Shown here: positions 62,262-64,000 of the stretch, piece after piece
Position numbering within the stretch: the stretch's first letter is position 1
How the letters are laid out: the number at the start of each line of letters is the position of its first letter
DNA from: Octopus vulgaris
Lineage: Eukaryota
Direction: 5' to 3'
Assembly: GCA_951406725.2 (NCBI GenBank)
Contig: OX597818.1
Span: forward strand, 43,710,001 to 43,774,000
DNA length: 64,000 nt
Translations under genes and position numbers: made by a program
Notes under the pieces: model-generated
Told to the model about the DNA's origin: nothing
Seen by the model: only the letters and a program-made list of their open reading frames with translations
Databases searched by the model: none

Positions 62262-62655
62262 CAGGAGTGGCTGTGTGGTAAGTAGCTTGCTTACCAACCA
62301 CATGGTCCCGGGTTCAGTCCCACTGCTTGGCACCTTGGGTAAGTGTCTTCTACTATAGCCTCGGGCCAACCAAAGCCTTGTGAGTGGATTTGGTAGACGG
62401 AAATTGAAAGAAGCCCATCATATATATGTGTGTGTATATATATATATGTGTGTGTGTGTGTCTGTGTTTGTCCCTCCAACATTGCTCGACAACCAATGCT
62501 GGTGTGTATATGTCGCCGTAACTTAGCGATTCGGCAAATGAGACTGATAGAATAAGTACTAGGCTTACAAAGAATAAGTCCTGGGGTCGATTTGCTTGAC
62601 TAAAGGCGGTGCTCCTGCATGGCCGCAGTCAAATGACTGAAACAAGTAAAAGAGT
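62262..62655 (+). mobile_element. SINE family B, full length
   Basis: caggagtggctgtgtggtaag...gactgaaacaagtaaaagagt. Confidence 0.88.
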
Positions 62656-62963
62656 ATGGTTTTTTTTTTATGTTCTGAGTTCAAACCTTGCCATGCTCGA
62701 TTTTGCCCTTTGTCCTTTTAGGGTCAACAAAGTAAAGTACCAGTCAAGTACTTGGGTCATTATTAATGACTATAGCCTTCCTCTAAATTTGATTCTGTGT
62801 CTGTGATACAAATTATATATTAGTATATAGTAATCCTTCATCATATTGCAGTTCACCTATCATGGTTTATTATTTAAGCTTACGTCGATCCTTCCATGGT
62901 GTTGTTTTGCATTTATAATGAAGTAAATATATACAAATTATAAAAATAATAAAAAAAAAAATA

Positions 62964-63045
62964 CAGTACTGTTTCTACTTCGCGGATTTTCACCTATTGC
63001 GGGAGGTTTTGGAATATAACACCCACAATAGTCAAGGAATTACTG
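62964..63045. mobile_element. Short Tigger/pogo-type MITE
   Basis: TA-CAGTA...TACTG-TA termini; internal ttcgcggattttcacctattgcgg. Confidence 0.5.
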
Positions 63046-64000
63046 TATACCATCTTATAGAATTAACAATCCCGTGTATATAACCCTAATCTACAGAGTT
63101 AATCCACCAAATTTGATTCAACCTAATCACTTTCCATCTCTCTTTCAAGTTTTGCTTTTAAAAAAAATAGAACATCGTCAAACTTTTTATTGTCTCTCCT
63201 AGTCCAGTGCTCTATCACAAAACAAACTTGTTTTCTAAAGCCCTGTTTATTCTTTGGGATGCTAAATCCCCATTGTTTTTGGAGTTGGCAAAATAAGGGG
63301 CATTAATGTATCTAAATTGATCAGGGTCTGAATTACTCTGTGGCTGTATCAAGGAGTAAAAGGAAACACAAATACCTCCAGCTGTGGCTCACCTATTAAT
63401 ACTTAAAGTTTTACCCATTAAGGCAGATTGGAGAGGTGATAACTTTGCTCTTGTTTCTCTTTATGTATGAAAAGTCTGATTTCCTTATCTTTTTAGCTTT
63501 TCTCCTTATATTTACTTCATGGATCCTCCTGTTTAGACTTGTTGAGTGACAAGTGCTGTACAAATTGTGTTTCTGTCTATGGGTGGTAACAAGATTAAAA
63601 TATTGATATTAAAAATAGCAGTCTATAGTTGTTAATGGACTGGTTTTTTTGTTTGTTTTGTTTTGAGTGAAACATTTGTTAATCATTTAAGGTAATAATT
63701 GGTACTTTTATCATCATTTCTAATATCATACAATTTGGAAAGATCTGTGGAAATCTTAAACTGTTAAGTGTTGGATTTCAGATAGGACACATTGTCTGGT
63801 TTTATTTTTTATTGTTTATGCTAGTCAGTATGAATTTCTTGCAAAAATTTCAGTATTAAACATTCTGATTTCAGTGAAAGAATGTTTTTTCTTTTTTTTG
63901 TAAGAGCTAGATTTTAAGAATATTATCAAAGTAAAATTTGATTGGTTTGGGGTAATGTTTAGCTAATTTTTCTTACTCATGAAACCCTTAAGATTTATTT

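Overview
AT-rich, repeat-dense eukaryotic genomic DNA. The SINE/RTE repertoire and (TA)n/(TG)n/(CAT)n microsatellites suggest a coleoid cephalopod, probably Octopus (inference). Two protein-coding genes are well supported and convergent: an intronless ribophorin II (RPN2, 7431-9308, +) with a decayed genomic A-tract after its AATAAA, and a four-exon ISOC2-like gene (30930 to 15665, -, 200 aa) whose splice sites and phases were reconstructed by hand. A compact CRE-CCAAT-TATA promoter with a probable non-coding first exon (~47.8-48.0 kb, +) suggests a third gene; I found no coding exons for it in the window. The rest is mostly transposon-derived: two RTE-clade LINE families (one with a PHD-like C4HC3 finger inside its RT), two tRNA-type SINE families, TIR elements/MITEs, a maT-like transposase relic and Helentron-like repeats. 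The most unusual observation is a set of ORF-less fold-back (palindromic) elements (215-3199, 10072-10428, 35715-35895, plus a solo arm near 37.0 kb) carrying an outward-facing minimal type I hammerhead-ribozyme-like motif in each arm. A Drosha-geometry hairpin at 51922-51996 is a candidate novel miRNA. Most short ORFs in the supplied track are repeat artefacts. Repeat boundaries without a TSD or TIR are approximate.
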